64,000 bases of DNA from Chrysomallon squamiferum (taxonomy: Eukaryota > Animalia > Mollusca). The position numbers and the translations under genes were made by a program. How positions within the stretch are numbered: the stretch's first letter is position 1; each line of letters begins with the position of its first letter. Location of the stretch: the NCBI GenBank assembly GCA_012295275.1, contig CM022676.1:7316001-7380000 (forward strand), given 5' to 3'. The notes below the pieces were generated by a model. That model was given only the letters and a program-made list of their open reading frames with translations, was not told the origin of the DNA and ran no database searches. This document shows, piece by piece, positions 1 through 13,799 of the stretch.

Positions 1-377
1 TATTTCAAACACGTTTCTAATGTACAGGTATGTAATTGATTTTCTAGATACTAGTTGTTAAAAAACTCTCTTTTAAACAAAATACATTCAGGACTGTGTA
101 TTTGGGATTTATTAAATTACTCAGAGTCATTATAATACTGGTGGTCATATAGACAGAGAATTAAGAATCTCAACAATAAATTAATTTAAAAATAAAAAAA
201 TTCTTTTCTCTTATCTTTTTTACAGGTGAGTACTATCAGGCATAGATTAGAAATTATGCACAAGGACTTTATAATGACATTGTATTATGTATCTGTTTAA
301 TTCATAATGCAGACTGTATTACTAAATGAAAGTTATATAATAATAATAATTATAATAATAAAATATAATAAATCTAC

Positions 378-1708
378 CTGATAAATAAACATGTCTGTCT
401 GAAAATGACTCATCCATGACCACATCTCAACTCTCCAGTTCTGACACAGACCAATAAATTCTGAATTAAAATTAAAATTAAAATAAACAAACAGACAACT
501 AACTAACTGACTAACTAAAACAATAAATAATTCAGTCATTTCTATTGTTATTTAATTTTTAAAACAAAAATTTTATATTTGAACTTAACTTTTTTTTAAA
601 CTGCATGTATTTTTAAAATGAAGGTTTTATAAAAAGAATTAATTTTCAAAAATTTCAACTCTGCTGACATAAAATATTAAACTTTGAAACACTTACTTAC
701 AAAATAAATAAATAAATAATAAACAAACAAACAAACAAACAAACAAATATATATATATATATATACATATAAATAAATTAAAAAAACAACAAAAAAAACA
801 ATAAATATAAAAAACAAAAAAACTTTTACCATTTGATTTAAATTACTAGTATTTAAATACATATTTTATAAATCACCTCTTCTGAGGTCATCAGATGAAT
901 GTAAAAGCTCAAAACACTTCATTGCAGTGAGGAAATTCTGAATGATATTTGCTGAATTGCTGATGTTTGATGATGGCTGAATCTGTGGCAACACAGGCTC
1001 TGCTCTCAGTCTTTTCGGTTTTGGTCTAAAAAGAATGAACAGACGGATGGATGGATGGATGGAAGGTAGGAATGAATATATGGATGAATGAATAAAGATT
1101 AATAGGTTCAAAGAAATGCATTGCTTTATGAACTGTCTGAGAAGTAAATGATAAAGCAGTACATACAAAGTAGAAAACGTTTATTTAAGAATTCTTAAAG
1201 AATTTAGTCCAGTTAAATCTAGTCTGTTTTATAGTATGTAATTTTCCTTCTGAAAATGATGTCACTTTGTACTTTGAAATGAAAAATATCCATCACAGAC
1301 TCAGTATACAGCAATAAATAAACAAATAAATAAATAAATAAATACACACACACCAATGTATATATTTGTAGGTATATATGTATTAGTATGTGTATGTATG
1401 TATATATGTATATGTATAAATAACACGATATGACAATGTTATCAGATTAAATATTAAGTGAAATAACTTACTGGATGATGACATCATCAGTATCCATTGT
1501 AAAACCTTCAACCAAAACAACAGACACTCGCAAACCTACATAAATAAAAATAAAATAAAATAAATGAATAATAAAACGACAAAATACCAAATAGTTAAAA
1601 ACAAAATATAGAGTGGTGTAAAAAATAACTACCTTTTTAAAAAAATAAAACCCACATATTAGCTTTTATTGAATAAAATTTACATTTGTACACATATATA
1701 ATCTTTTA

Positions 1709-1745
<37 letters not shown>

Positions 1746-4700
1746 CACATACACACAAACATACATACATACATACATACTGACATATATACATACATAT
1801 ATACATAAATATTGTAAGAAAAAATGTACATATTGTCTACAAATGCATAGAAAATTATAAAAATAAAAAATAAAATATATGTAAAAAGTTACACAGCAAA
1901 AAACAATAAAAACAGAAATAAAAAAGTGTTGATTTTGCCATGTGTAAAGTTAATAGTAAAACTAAAAAACTGGAAGGCTTCATATAAATAAAATTATTAT
2001 TATTATTGCCGAAATTGAAAAAATCACCTTTTTATTATTAAATAATAAATGAATAAATTATTATAGAATGGAAAATATAAATTATATAATTTTACAAAAT
2101 GTATTTATAAATTTTCGTGATGGAAAATTATATGATTTTACAGAATAGTATCTTAGTAAATTATGATGAAAACTTTTACCATTTTGTTTTCAAGCCACCT
2201 CAGTATTTTAAATATTCTACTGATCTATTTTTTGGACAGTTGAAATGAAAATAATAACACAGGCATTACTGATTAGTAAGGGAATAAAAGTACAAAATCA
2301 TCAAAAATTTGACATAGGCAAATATTAAAAATGTAAACTGCTTTCTTAAGTGTTCAAACGTGGCAGAAACAAAGTGTTTTATTTATTTTCCCAGTAATCA
2401 GGGATATCAGTGGTTGGAATGTGAAATAATGCACATAAATATTAAAATCTACCTACTGACATGCCCATCATATATACATTTCTATTCAGTATAAAGTGAA
2501 ATTATATTTATTCTTTTAATTCAAAATGAAAAAAAAAAAAATAATAATTGAGATTTTATCTGTTGGAACGTGACATAGACAAAAAAATTAAATGTTCTGG
2601 TTAGAATGTGAAATAGTAAAATGATAAAACTGACCATGTGAAGTGACCGAATGAAGGCAAAATAATAACAACTGAAATATCATAGGTTAGAATGGGAAAT
2701 AGGAGAATTGTAAAATTTACCTTGTGAAGAGTCTGAATTGAGGCAAAATAATAATAACAGATATTATAGGTTAGATTGGGAAATAAAATTATATATTTTA
2801 CCTTGTGAAATGTCTGAATTGAGGCATAATAATAATTATACATTTTAAATTGGGAAATGTCTGAATGCAGTCAAAATATAAATAACTGAGATATAACTGG
2901 AATAGACAGAAGAATATAAAATTTACCTTGTGAAGAGACTGAATCCAGTTAAAATAATCACTAAGATATAGGTTATAATAGGAAATAGTATTATGTATTT
3001 CATTGTAATAATCCAGGAAAAATAATAACAATAATAAATGAGACATTATAAATGAAACATTACAAGTTAGAATGGGAAATAAACTTGTGAATTATATATT
3101 TTTTTTTAGGTGTCTGAATTGGGGCATAATAATAATAACTGAGATATTATCACTGGTTGGAATGGGAAAGAGAATTGTGTATTTTACCTTGTGATGTGTC
3201 TGAATCCAGGCTGCTGATGTAGTTGTTCAAACACTGTAGAAATACGACAGTCGACATAAAAAGGATTTGTTTCTGAGAACTTTCTGACGGTGACTGTTTA
3301 GCATGGTTGAAAACATTCAGCAAGAAATGCCACTGATAGTCTCTTAAATTGGAAAGAGGAGAATAAAAATGGTGCTACTACTGCTACTACTACTGCTGCT
3401 GCTTCTACTATTACTTCTACTACTACTGCTGCTACTGCTGCTAATAATAATAACAATAATAATGTTATTAATAATAAAATAAAAAAATAATAATAAGATA
3501 AATAATAATTACATTTTGTTTTTTTACAAATGACAATACAAGTTTTTACTAATTATTTAAAATAATTATTATAAAATAATAATAGTAATCATAGCAGTGG
3601 TAACAGCAGTAGTGGTATTAATAATAATAATAATAATAACCATATTAATACTGCTATTACTACTACTACTACTACTAATAATAATAATACAAATTTAATA
3701 AAGAAAAATGTTACAAAATAAAACGAGAAGAAGACTTTTCAGATTATTTTTAAAAAAATAAAGAAAGATAGATGTGTGTCCAGTAACAAACAAAACACTT
3801 AAATTTACTTTCTTTCATTATATTTTTTTTTACTAAATTTTCATTACCTTTGACTTTTGTGGAATGCACCTTCATGTGGCAACTTGCATTAATTAGAGAC
3901 ACATTAATTTCATGATTTTACTGTACTTACAGAATTGTAAGAAATTTTTAATTATTTTTTATATGATTTTTTTTATTTTTATTAAACTATCTTTAACTTT
4001 TATGCAACATTTCTTCCTCTTAAGATTACACTGATTGTCTCACTTTTGTCTCACTTTTCATACTCACTTTGATTTTGTAATGAGGTCAGGTTCAATGTCC
4101 CATCCCAACTGACCACTGACCTGACACAGGAGTTTAAACAGACCCAGCCAGGGGTCACCTATCTGGCTCTCTCGAACGAGCAGACCAGGAATTGTTGACG
4201 ACTTCTTTGAAGATTTGGATGGCGATAATAAATCTGTATGAATTATGTAAATAATAGATGTATGTTACTGTATCAGTTATACTGTATGCTAAAAAAAGAA
4301 TGAAAGAAAAAGAAGGGTGTTTATGTGAAGACAATGTACAAGAAAAAAATGCATGAAACATATATAAGAGAGAGAGAGAGAGAGTTTGTGTGTGTGTCTG
4401 CATGTTTATGATGATGAGAGTGTATATATATAAAGTAGTGAATGTGACTGTGAAAATGTGTGTGACTGTTTGATAGTATGTGCGTATACAAAAGCAAGAG
4501 TATGTGAAAGACAGAGAAAGAGAGAAAACAGAAGAGTGATAGAAGGCAGAGAGTTATGACACAGAAAACAGAAGGCAAGAGCAGAAAATAATGACAGAAA
4601 GATCACACAGATACAAAGATAAAAGAAAGAAACTGAGACAATAAAGTTAACAAAATATGTTAAAAAATTTAAAAAAGGAAAACATAAACTAAACAAAAGA

Positions 4701-6726
4701 AATTTCAGTTGTAAACAGACATTAAATTTACTAAAATTAATAATACAATTATGTTGAACAGAAATCAAGGGACACAACTCTAACCTGGAGACATGGGGGT
4801 ATCCTGGCAACCAGGCTGTGAGATGTAACTCACATAAAACTCTATTGACCTCTGTAACCATGTGTACAGCTGCTGAGGTTTGATGGCAAGGCGACGACCT
4901 TTTTCAAGTATCAAAGGTAACGTATCACAAACTGAAATAAAAAAAATAAAAATAAAAAGTGGTTTGATCTTTTATGTCAGAAATAAATTATTTAATAATA
5001 CATTTTATTTTTAATGGTATTTTTTCAACCACTGAAGGTAACATATTGTGTACTGGTAAAAAAAAAAAAAAGGAGTGATGCTTTATATCAGAAATAAATA
5101 TGTATTTATTAATATATTTTATATTTAATGGTATTTTTTCAAGTATTAATCATTTAAAGGTAATGTATTGCACACTCAAATAAAAAATAAGAAATGGCGT
5201 GATGATGTATGACAGAAATAAATATTTGTTAAATAAAACACATTTTCTTTAGGAGTTGTTAATTAAAAAACATCTAAAAAATCTGGCAGAATTAGCTTTT
5301 AGGAAAGTGCATCATACTTTATTATTTAAAAAGGTTGTGGACTGTGAATGTCAAAGAAAATCACTAAATGTTTTCTCATCAAAAAGAATTAATTATAAAT
5401 CTAAATTATATGATGAATATATCTATGATTTAAGTCTCTTGTCATCTCAGTTTGGTTCTACAGAACAAGTTTAAGATAAGATTGATACAGGCTAACTGCA
5501 GAGCAACACTTACCAAGAAGTTTTCTGTAACAGTTTATTGGTGTTGATAATGATACTTTCTTCTCTTCCACAGTCAGCATTTCAACCAGTTTGAGCTTAA
5601 ATTAAACAGATAACGAGTAGTTTAAACATCAAGCTGTATTTGCATGCATGTGTTCATGCAGAGGTGTGTGTGGGTGTCTGTCCATTTCTGTATCTGTCTG
5701 TATAATGCATCTGTCAAAGTTATTATGTGGTGTATGTATATTCTTATGTCCACTTAGGTTTATTTTAATTCCTTATTTATATATGTAAATGTGTGTGTTT
5801 GTGTATGTGTTCTGTGCAATTTTATGACAACACCTCTGTATAAATTTGTGTATGCTTCAATATATTTGTATATGAATGTATGTATATGTCAATATAATAG
5901 TATCTGTATATCCATGTGTGTATTCTCTAATGCAATTTACTTGCACATAAACGTATGTATGCTTCAATGTAATTTATTTGTACATAAATGTTTATATATG
6001 CTACAGTGGAATGTATTTGTGTATCCATGTGTATATTCTCTAATGTAATTTATTTGTACATAAATGTTTATATATGCTACAGTGGAATGTATCTGTATAT
6101 ACTGTATTGTGTATAACAATACATGTTTGCCAGTGTTTATATGCATAAAAATAAGGGTATAAATGTGTTTTTAATTAAATTACACGGACTAAATCTACAA
6201 TAAATAAAATAGTTACCCCATGCTCTGAGACAAGATCGGGAAATTTTTTCATGGCTAACAATAACAGACGACATCTTTCCAAAACATCGACAATTTTCTC
6301 TGCCACATTCAGCAGCATTCGACACTGGATATGAGTAGGTATTGCAGCAAATATTTCTGAAAAAAAAAAAAATAAATAAAAAATAAAAAATCCATGATTA
6401 ACTTAATTCAAAATAAATTTTTTTTTTTGATAATCAGCATTTAACTGCTTACTGTTTTAGGATGAATATTAACTAAAGAAAGCTTAAAAATAACTTGTTT
6501 ATTTCTCTTTAGTAATATGTAAAAATAAATTTTAACTATCTTTTGAAAAATGATTATTCATTTATATTTGAAGAGATATATATATGGACATATGTATGTG
6601 TGTGTGTGTGTGTGTGTGCATGTGTGTGTAATCCACATATTTATGAATATATATATATATATATATATGATATGTATGTATGTATGAATGTGTTTGCATG
6701 TATGTATGTACACACACATATGTACA

Positions 6727-6763
<37 letters not shown>

Positions 6764-6841
6764 ATATATATATGGAATTATATATATATATATATATATA
6801 TGTACACACACACACACACAAACACAATGTGTGTGTATGCA

Positions 6842-6875
<34 letters not shown>

Positions 6876-8220
6876 GACATGGATATATGGATGGATATAT
6901 GTTTATACATCAACAAAATATGAATTGTTATACCTGTAAGAAAACTTGTTTTAGGTTCATTTCCATCAGACTGCAATGTGGCTAAGATTGTGTGAACTTC
7001 AGCCCAGAGATAATTTTCACTGGGAAAATTTTTTAACCTGTCAAGAAAAGTAAATACGAAAAACTAAGAAAAAGCAAATATATAATAACTATATCACATC
7101 AGTTTGTTTTCTAAAGATGTGGTAATAACATCTATTGCAAGAGTTGTATCCCTTCCTTTCGGTTGTCTTTATTTTATTTATTTATTTTTCAAAATTATTT
7201 TACAAAGCATATAAATAGTACCATAAAGCAAAAACATTGAAATAAAATTTTGTGTATGATAAATTTACCTATAAAACATATAATTTAAAATTATAAGATT
7301 TATTGTTATTGTTATTATTATTATTATATTAAATTTAATATATTATGATTATATTTTTGTAGATACTAAGTCTTAAGACTTCTGCCATATGCCAGACAAT
7401 GTGATTATAATATTATATAATTATATACTGCTTCAGTATTTTGACTATACTTTAATATTATTCATGTCTATGACTTCGTTCTATGCAATGAATATTCCTT
7501 TAAATTATTTTTTCAACTTACATATCTTCAAGTAATTTGGCAGCATCTTTCACATTCTTAGCAGATTTCTCTAGTTGATAGGACTCAAACTGTAATTATA
7601 ATCAGCTTATAAAATTGTATATTTTATTATCCTAAGTTTCCTATATGTATTTAATTACTAATAATATAAATGAATGATGGATAACTGTGTAAATGGACGA
7701 AAAAAAGATTCTTAATGGTGTGTCCTGTATTTGTAAACTGTGTATATTTGTATTAACATATTATAATTTTTTAAAAAGCGATCGAGTTTGTGTTATGATA
7801 GTATGCACACCTGTAAAATTAAAAGTTTGAATTTGCGAAAGAAATGTATTTATATCTTCTTTTTCTTTACTGTTTAACAAATTGGTATGTATATATCTCT
7901 TATATAATTAATATACTATGTTATTATTCAGAGACAGTTGGCAGGCCTACAACTTTGGAATCAGTGAAAGAAGTATGAACAACTTCAAGTTGAAGTTGTC
8001 ATCTCTAATCGAGTTGAAGAGAGGCATTCAAGAGAAGGAAGGTCGGTGGAATGCTATTTATTTCAACTATTACCTGAATTAAAAAACATCTTGGATACAG
8101 AGATCTAGCGGTGATTAACCAAGCTTTAGCAGAATAATGATCACTTTTCGAGTATCCCCGAGCTCGCATAACAAGCCATTCTACATCTGACAACTTTGAA
8201 TTTTCAACAACACTTGCCAT
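378..8220 (-). CDS. INTS10: Integrator complex subunit 10, 5' portion; 11 coding exons, gene continues past the left window edge
   Basis: Phase-consistent GT-AG exons: 8074-8220, 7522-7589, 6934-7037, 6217-6356, 5514-5595, 4785-4931, 4068-4233, 3188-3342, 1472-1535, 877-1025, 378-460. Peptides AKAWLITARSLYP, PINCYRKLLVCDTLPLI, DLLSPSK..GDPW and EFIGLCQNWRVEMWSWMSHFQTDMFIYQ match recalled INTS10 sequence. Confidence 0.93.
2250..3205. repeat. Degenerate ~80-bp minisatellite in INTS10 intron 8, containing copies of the exon 8 donor junction
   Basis: TTTACCTTGTGA..GTCTGAAT recurs at ~2716, 2797, 2922 and at the true junction ~3183, with flanking GTTAGAATGGGAAAT-type blocks. Confidence 0.75.
4895..5235. 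repeat. ~120-bp degenerate tandem repeat (about 3 copies) spanning the INTS10 exon 6 acceptor
   Basis: TTTTTCAA...AAGGTAA...CAGAAATAAAT blocks at ~4900, ~5020 and ~5134. Confidence 0.65.
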
Positions 8221-8635
8221 TCTTGGTCTTTCGTATTTGCTTTCCTCCATTGATTGGAGCACTGTTGTCGATACGTTTTATTTTCAACACGTAAAAGTCT
8301 GATTATGTAAATATTTTTTAAGTTGTTAATTTCCCACCCCCTTTCTCTAAATTATCTTTGCAGTAAGTCGTAAAGACTACTTTGAAGAGAGAAAAATGTT
8401 TCTGTTTTTGTTACTATTATTTTACCTTTTCTTTTCTTTATTTACATTTATTGTGGTTAATGCTATTGTGATGCATACTGTTATTGATGATATTAGGGTT
8501 TTTTTCAGTGAATAAATATAGAATTATTGGTATAATAAATGACTTATTTGTTTGTTTGTTTGCTAGCTCGTTTGTTTATTTAAAAAAAAAAAATTGGTTT
8601 AGCTTTTCTATTTATTTTACTCATTTCCCTCCGCC

Positions 8636-8673
<38 letters not shown>

Positions 8674-8922
8674 TGCGCTGTTTGTTTTAATTTAATAATA
8701 ACAATAACCTCATACAAAAACCATTAATAACAAACAACAAAAAAAAAAAAAAAAAAAAAAAAATATATATATTTTGGCTAATTTTATTGCAATTACATTA
8801 AATTATAAAATAATCCACTCAAAAGAAAGATGTACCTCCTACACTTTTCTAATTTCGGTGAAACATACTGGGGAAAAAAAAATAAAGAAAGGAAAAAAGT
8901 AAGAAACTAAATAAATAAATAA

Positions 8923-8972
<50 letters not shown>

Positions 8973-9199
8973 TTTTCAGGTAGCCTAGATTAAAAACATA
9001 AATTTTTATCTGATATATTTTGATCTCTCTCTCCCTCTCTATGCTTCCCTTCCTTTTTTTTTTTTTTTTTTTTATTTTTTACCGTGCATTGCTGTTTTAA
9101 AATGTGACTAATCTAACAAGCAGACGTCTTAACTAATTCTTAGTTATTTTTGTTCCTATTTGAGTCTTCGTGTTTATTAACACAATACAATCGTAATCA

Positions 9200-9570
9200 T
9201 TCGGGAATGTTCGGGCGTGAGCCAGAACCAGCTAGAAATTAGTCGATCTTCGTGTCGGGAAACACCGTTTCTTTATATGGATATCACAAACTAAAAATAA
9301 CTTGTGACGTTGTTTACAGTCATTGCACACTATTTTCTAAACATATATTAAAATTTTTAATTACAAAACATACGTTAATGAACATCAAAAACGTTCATTT
9401 CATAAGATTGTAATATGAATCATTGTTATATTATACCTTTTTAAAGTAATATTAGAAAAAATACCTATTATGTTTAAAAAGGAAAAGTATATATTAAATG
9501 AGGCAACAGGAAAATAGTTTACAATTGTGACGTCACTGCTATGCGTTTTCTATATAAATACACTGACTCA
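9200..9570 (+). promoter_or_regulatory. Promoter of the OTU gene: heat-shock element, CRE, TATA box, AP-1 site
   Basis: TTCggGAAtgTTC 9200-9212 (3-unit HSE); GTGACGTCAC 9527-9536; TATATAAATA 9551-9560; TGACTCA 9564-9570. A probable non-coding exon ends at donor GTAAGT (9704) and joins an acceptor at 10573. Confidence 0.6.
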
Positions 9571-9912
9571 CTTCTGAGTAAGTAAACAAACTTAGAAATA
9601 GCAGGAGCCTGTCATTTTCATCGATTGAGAGAGATTTTAAACCATATTTATCATTGAATATCGGAGACGTTGTATTTTTTTGAAGAAACAATTCCAGAAA
9701 AACGTAAGTAAACGTTCAATTATTACTATAAAACATGATCGTCACAAATGTTTATATTTGTATGAAGGAATCTGCGTTCAATAACAGGAAATGTGATAAC
9801 GATAATGGAATTTATTGAATGAATATTTTCATTTGCTGTATTTAACTTGGAATAATTCGTACCGTATTATAATTTCATTAATAACACGATAATACATTCT
9901 GTTGACAACAGC

Positions 9913-9965
<53 letters not shown>

Positions 9966-10608
9966 CTTATTCTGTGTGTGCTTATATGCGTATTATATCA
10001 TTTCGATTAACTGTTTACGTGTTTAAATGTTTAAATATTTACTGATGGCATAGCTAATTCTGAACATATGCTAATTAATACTATTTATTTTGATACTACT
10101 TTATATAAGCGCAACGATATCTATAAATAAATAAAACTTTAATCTTAAAACAAAATTAAAAATCAAAATTTTTAAAAGCAGTTGTTTAGTTAAACTACAT
10201 AAGCAATAGAAGAAGCGTTTATTAAGGAAACTGATGAAGTGTTGTGTTATAATTTTACTGTTATTATATTTATTATTGTTATTAGCAGTTGCAGTAGTAG
10301 TAGACGTCTTAATAACGGCAGCAGTTGGTAAAATCACAAAACTGTAAAAGAAGACGTGTATTAAATAGGTTAGAAAAATTTGGAAATGCTAAATTTTCTA
10401 TCGATATAAGCTTTATATGTATTTACGCAAATGAAGACACACCCAAAGATAAATAAACACTGTTTTATTAAAAAAAAAAAACGTTAGAAATAATATCGCT
10501 TTGTTACAAAAACAAGTTCTAGGTTTATCTATAAACTTTTAATATTTTAATTTTTTTTTTTTTTCTTCTTCAGATTTTTGTTTTAATGGTGTAAAGCAAT
10601 TCAACAAA

Positions 10609-11997
10609 ATGAGAATAGGCGAAACTGCAGTAATGTTTGACTCTCCGTTCCACGACTTGTTTCTGTTAAATCCTAGACAACAGTTCACCAATCAGATGAA
10701 ACCGTGGGGCTTTACAGCACACAGTGACCCACACACCCGTGTCAGAAGAGACGACGTTTCCCGAAGATATGCCGAAACCTGTAGGCGAAGAATACCGAAC
10801 GATTCAGCCGATGTCCGAAGACGTCCGAAAGAAATCATCATACCAATTCAGATCGAAGAATGTCCTCAAAGCGAATTCGCAGACAAGAACAGGAACAATA
10901 ACGGAACGCAAGGAACACGTCTAAAGTGGAACCCCCGACGAAGCAGGTGTTTAGCGGACGAAGATGACAGAAGTAAAGGTTACACAAGTAGTAATTCCGG
11001 TAGCAGTATATCGGCGGAAGAAAGCATGTCGAGTAACAGTATGGAGTCAGAGGCAGAACACGAAGACGATGAAATGAACGCATATTTAGAAAGCATGTTG
11101 TCATCGCCTTCGAACACACGAATTAACATTCCGGTCCTTCCCGGGAAATACACGAGCCAAAGCTGCTGTCGGAAATCATGTGAATCAGAAACGTCTTCCA
11201 ACGACCAATCATCCATCTCCACAGGAGATTTCCAGTCAGGAGGCTCCTTACCTCCCGTCAGAATTAACCAATCAGGAGGCTCGGCAAGTCCACGATCTAG
11301 TCAGCCGGTGGCTGGTTCGTCTACAGCATATCCGTCCGGCTCATCTACGTCTGGTTATTCAGGAAGATATTCATCAAGTCATCAGTCCGCTTCGCAGAGC
11401 TGTTCGGCAGCACCCAGTCTTCCGGAGTTACCCGAAAACATCACCTCGTCTATAACCGAGACGCCCAGTTACCCGGTTTATAAGATTCTCAAACCGAGGC
11501 TAAAGGCCGACGGCCGTCAGATCGACTACATCCGCGGCGACGGCAACTGCTTCTTCAGGGCGTTGAGTAAAGACATTTACGGCACCGAGGAGTTCCACGA
11601 CGACATCAGGCAAGCCGTCGTCGACTTGATGGAAAAATACCCGAGTGATTTTAAACAGTTTCTGTTTTCCGAAACGGACATTCATGAACACATCGAAGAT
11701 ATGCGGAAAGCATCGACGTGGGCGTCAACAGTGGAGATATATGCAGCAGCGACATTGCTGCAGCGTGATATATACATTCTGTCGCCGAACCACACCGGAG
11801 ATCTGTACAACTGGTTGCTTTTTTCGCCGCTGTTCACGTATAATCGCGCCATGACATATCACCCGTGTCATATAACATTATGTCACACCCATGGAAACCA
11901 CTACGATCGTATAACACAAATTAAGGGTAAATGCAACTGCGGGGTGGAGACACCCATTCTTGCAGGAGTTACAGATTATGTTGATCTTACCGTATAG
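10609..11997 (+). CDS. OTU-domain deubiquitinase, 462 aa, single coding exon, Ser-rich disordered N-terminal region
   Basis: OTU motifs RGDGNCFFRALS (catalytic Cys codon 11548), W-A-S-T-V-E-I-Y-A-A-A and GNHYD (His codon 11899). Confidence 0.9.
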   Translation: MRIGETAVMFDSPFHDLFLLNPRQQFTNQMKPWGFTAHSDPHTRVRRDDVSRRYAETCRRRIPNDSADVRRRPKEIIIPIQIEECPQSEFADKNRNNNGTQGTRLKWNPRRSRCLADEDDRSKGYTSSNSGSSISAEESMSSNSMESEAEHEDDEMNAYLESMLSSPSNTRINIPVLPGKYTSQSCCRKSCESETSSNDQSSISTGDFQSGGSLPPVRINQSGGSASPRSSQPVAGSSTAYPSGSSTSGYSGRYSSSHQSASQSCSAAPSLPELPENITSSITETPSYPVYKILKPRLKADGRQIDYIRGDGNCFFRALSKDIYGTEEFHDDIRQAVVDLMEKYPSDFKQFLFSETDIHEHIEDMRKASTWASTVEIYAAATLLQRDIYILSPNHTGDLYNWLLFSPLFTYNRAMTYHPCHITLCHTHGNHYDRITQIKGKCNCGVETPILAGVTDYVDLTV

Positions 11998-12067
11998 AAA
12001 ATCAAACTTCATATTTCATTTGTTTGTTTGTTTATTTATTTGTTTTACTGTGGATATACTGTTATTA

Positions 12068-12110
<43 letters not shown>

Positions 12111-13081
12111 CTTTTAAAGAGAAGAACTATTTTTTTTCCCTTCTAATTATTATATGGTGTAGATAGTAATTTCATACATTCCTGTTAACAAAGATATCAT
12201 ACAGAATAAAATCTTACAAAATTATTCTTAACAGATAATGGAAGATACTTTGAGACTGAAAATAGATTAACTTAAAACTGAATAAAATTGTGAAGAAAAT
12301 ATTTAATTTATTTTGCTTTACATCGGACACACTGTATTTGGTATTGAATATTGTAATAAGAATTCTTTTCAGTGAACAATGACAGTATATTCTAAGCAAT
12401 ATACATATTTTTAAATTTTCTTTTTTTATTCATAATGTTACGATATATTGTCGATAACAACCAAATTTACGTAATTCTTGTATACAAAAAAATAATTGAG
12501 TAAGACTCCTTAAATGTTATTATTATTTTTTTTATTATTATTGGGAATGTTTTAGATATGCATTAAAAAATTAATTAAGTTTGTTTGAAATGAATGTATG
12601 GTCATCCCTTCGTATCTTTTTAAAATCATCATATCATCATAATTTAATTTATATTTCATTGTAATTATTCTTATCTGTTACTACAGTTCGATATTATTAT
12701 AATTATTGTTGCTATTATTGTTGTTGTTATGATTGTGATTGTGATTGTGATTGTGATTGTGATTATTATTATTATTATTATTATTATTTTTTTTTTTATA
12801 TTGCGGAAGGAATACTTTTCTGTGAAATTATTTTCAGTTATCATTTATTTATTTGTGTTATGAAAAAAAAATTATTTATTTTATTCAGTCAGCATTAGCA
12901 AAATAAACTAAATTATTACAAATGATACTCGTCAATTATATTAAGAAATCTCCTTTTAATGAAGATTCCACTCAGGGGAGACAATAATTACATAGTACAT
13001 TATGAGATGTGTTGATGTGAACAATTTAGAAACTGTTGTCTTAGCAAGAAAACTTGTTTAGTTTTGATTTTTAAGTACTAT

Positions 13082-13112
<31 letters not shown>

Positions 13113-13581
13113 TTTTAACAGTATTTTAATTAGTTAATTTATTCTGTCTTACGATTTTATTTTGCAATCTGTTGTTATTAGGGAATATTTTCAACGATAA
13201 TAAATGTTGTACATATGTTTTTCTATTTCATTTTTATCATTCACTTTGTGTACATGTGCTTCTGTATCTTTTAAAGAGCGATTGTTTAGTGTGTTGATAC
13301 GTAAATTTTACGAAATATATTTTTTTTTATAAAAACTCTGTTGATATTGTTGTTGTTATTTTTATTGTTAGTCACAAATCTTGATTTTTAATATGTTAAA
13401 GTACAGTGGTGTTTGAACAAATTATTAGAAATAACCCAAACAAAAAAATAATATGCGTACATACATCCATGCACACACGCACTTGTTTAAACGCAATAAA
13501 TAAGTACTTATTATTCACCATTGTGAGAAGGAAAAAAATAAAATAAAAATGAAGATATTAATACATAAATATAAAAATAAC

Positions 13582-13653
13582 GGGCTCGTCCGGGATTCGA
13601 AACCGAGACCTCTCGCACCCAAAGCGAGAATCATACCCCTAGACCAACGAGCC
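13582..13653 (-). tRNA. tRNA-Pro(TGG) with G53>T in the T-arm/B-box, possibly a pseudogene
   Basis: Reverse complement GGCTCGTTGGTCTAGGGGTATGATTCTCGCTTTGGGTGCGAGAGGTCTCGGTTTCGAATCCCGGACGAGCCC; one difference (position 13602) from the copy at 47462. Confidence 0.85.
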
Positions 13654-13731
13654 GCATGGTAATCGTTACTATGGACACTGGAAAACGCTAAAAATCCGAT
13701 TTCTTTTCTATCTTCGTCTTACAGTAAACAG

Positions 13732-13734
<3 letters not shown>

Positions 13735-13797
<63 letters not shown>
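13735..13797. repeat. (AG)n microsatellite
   Basis: Direct inspection; one of many simple repeats in the window. Confidence 0.95.

Positions 13798-13799
<2 letters not shown>

Noticed and set aside
5791-6985. Many 60-150 aa ORFs such as [24 protein letters not shown] here and throughout the window
   Set aside because: Translations of microsatellites in introns and intergenic DNA.
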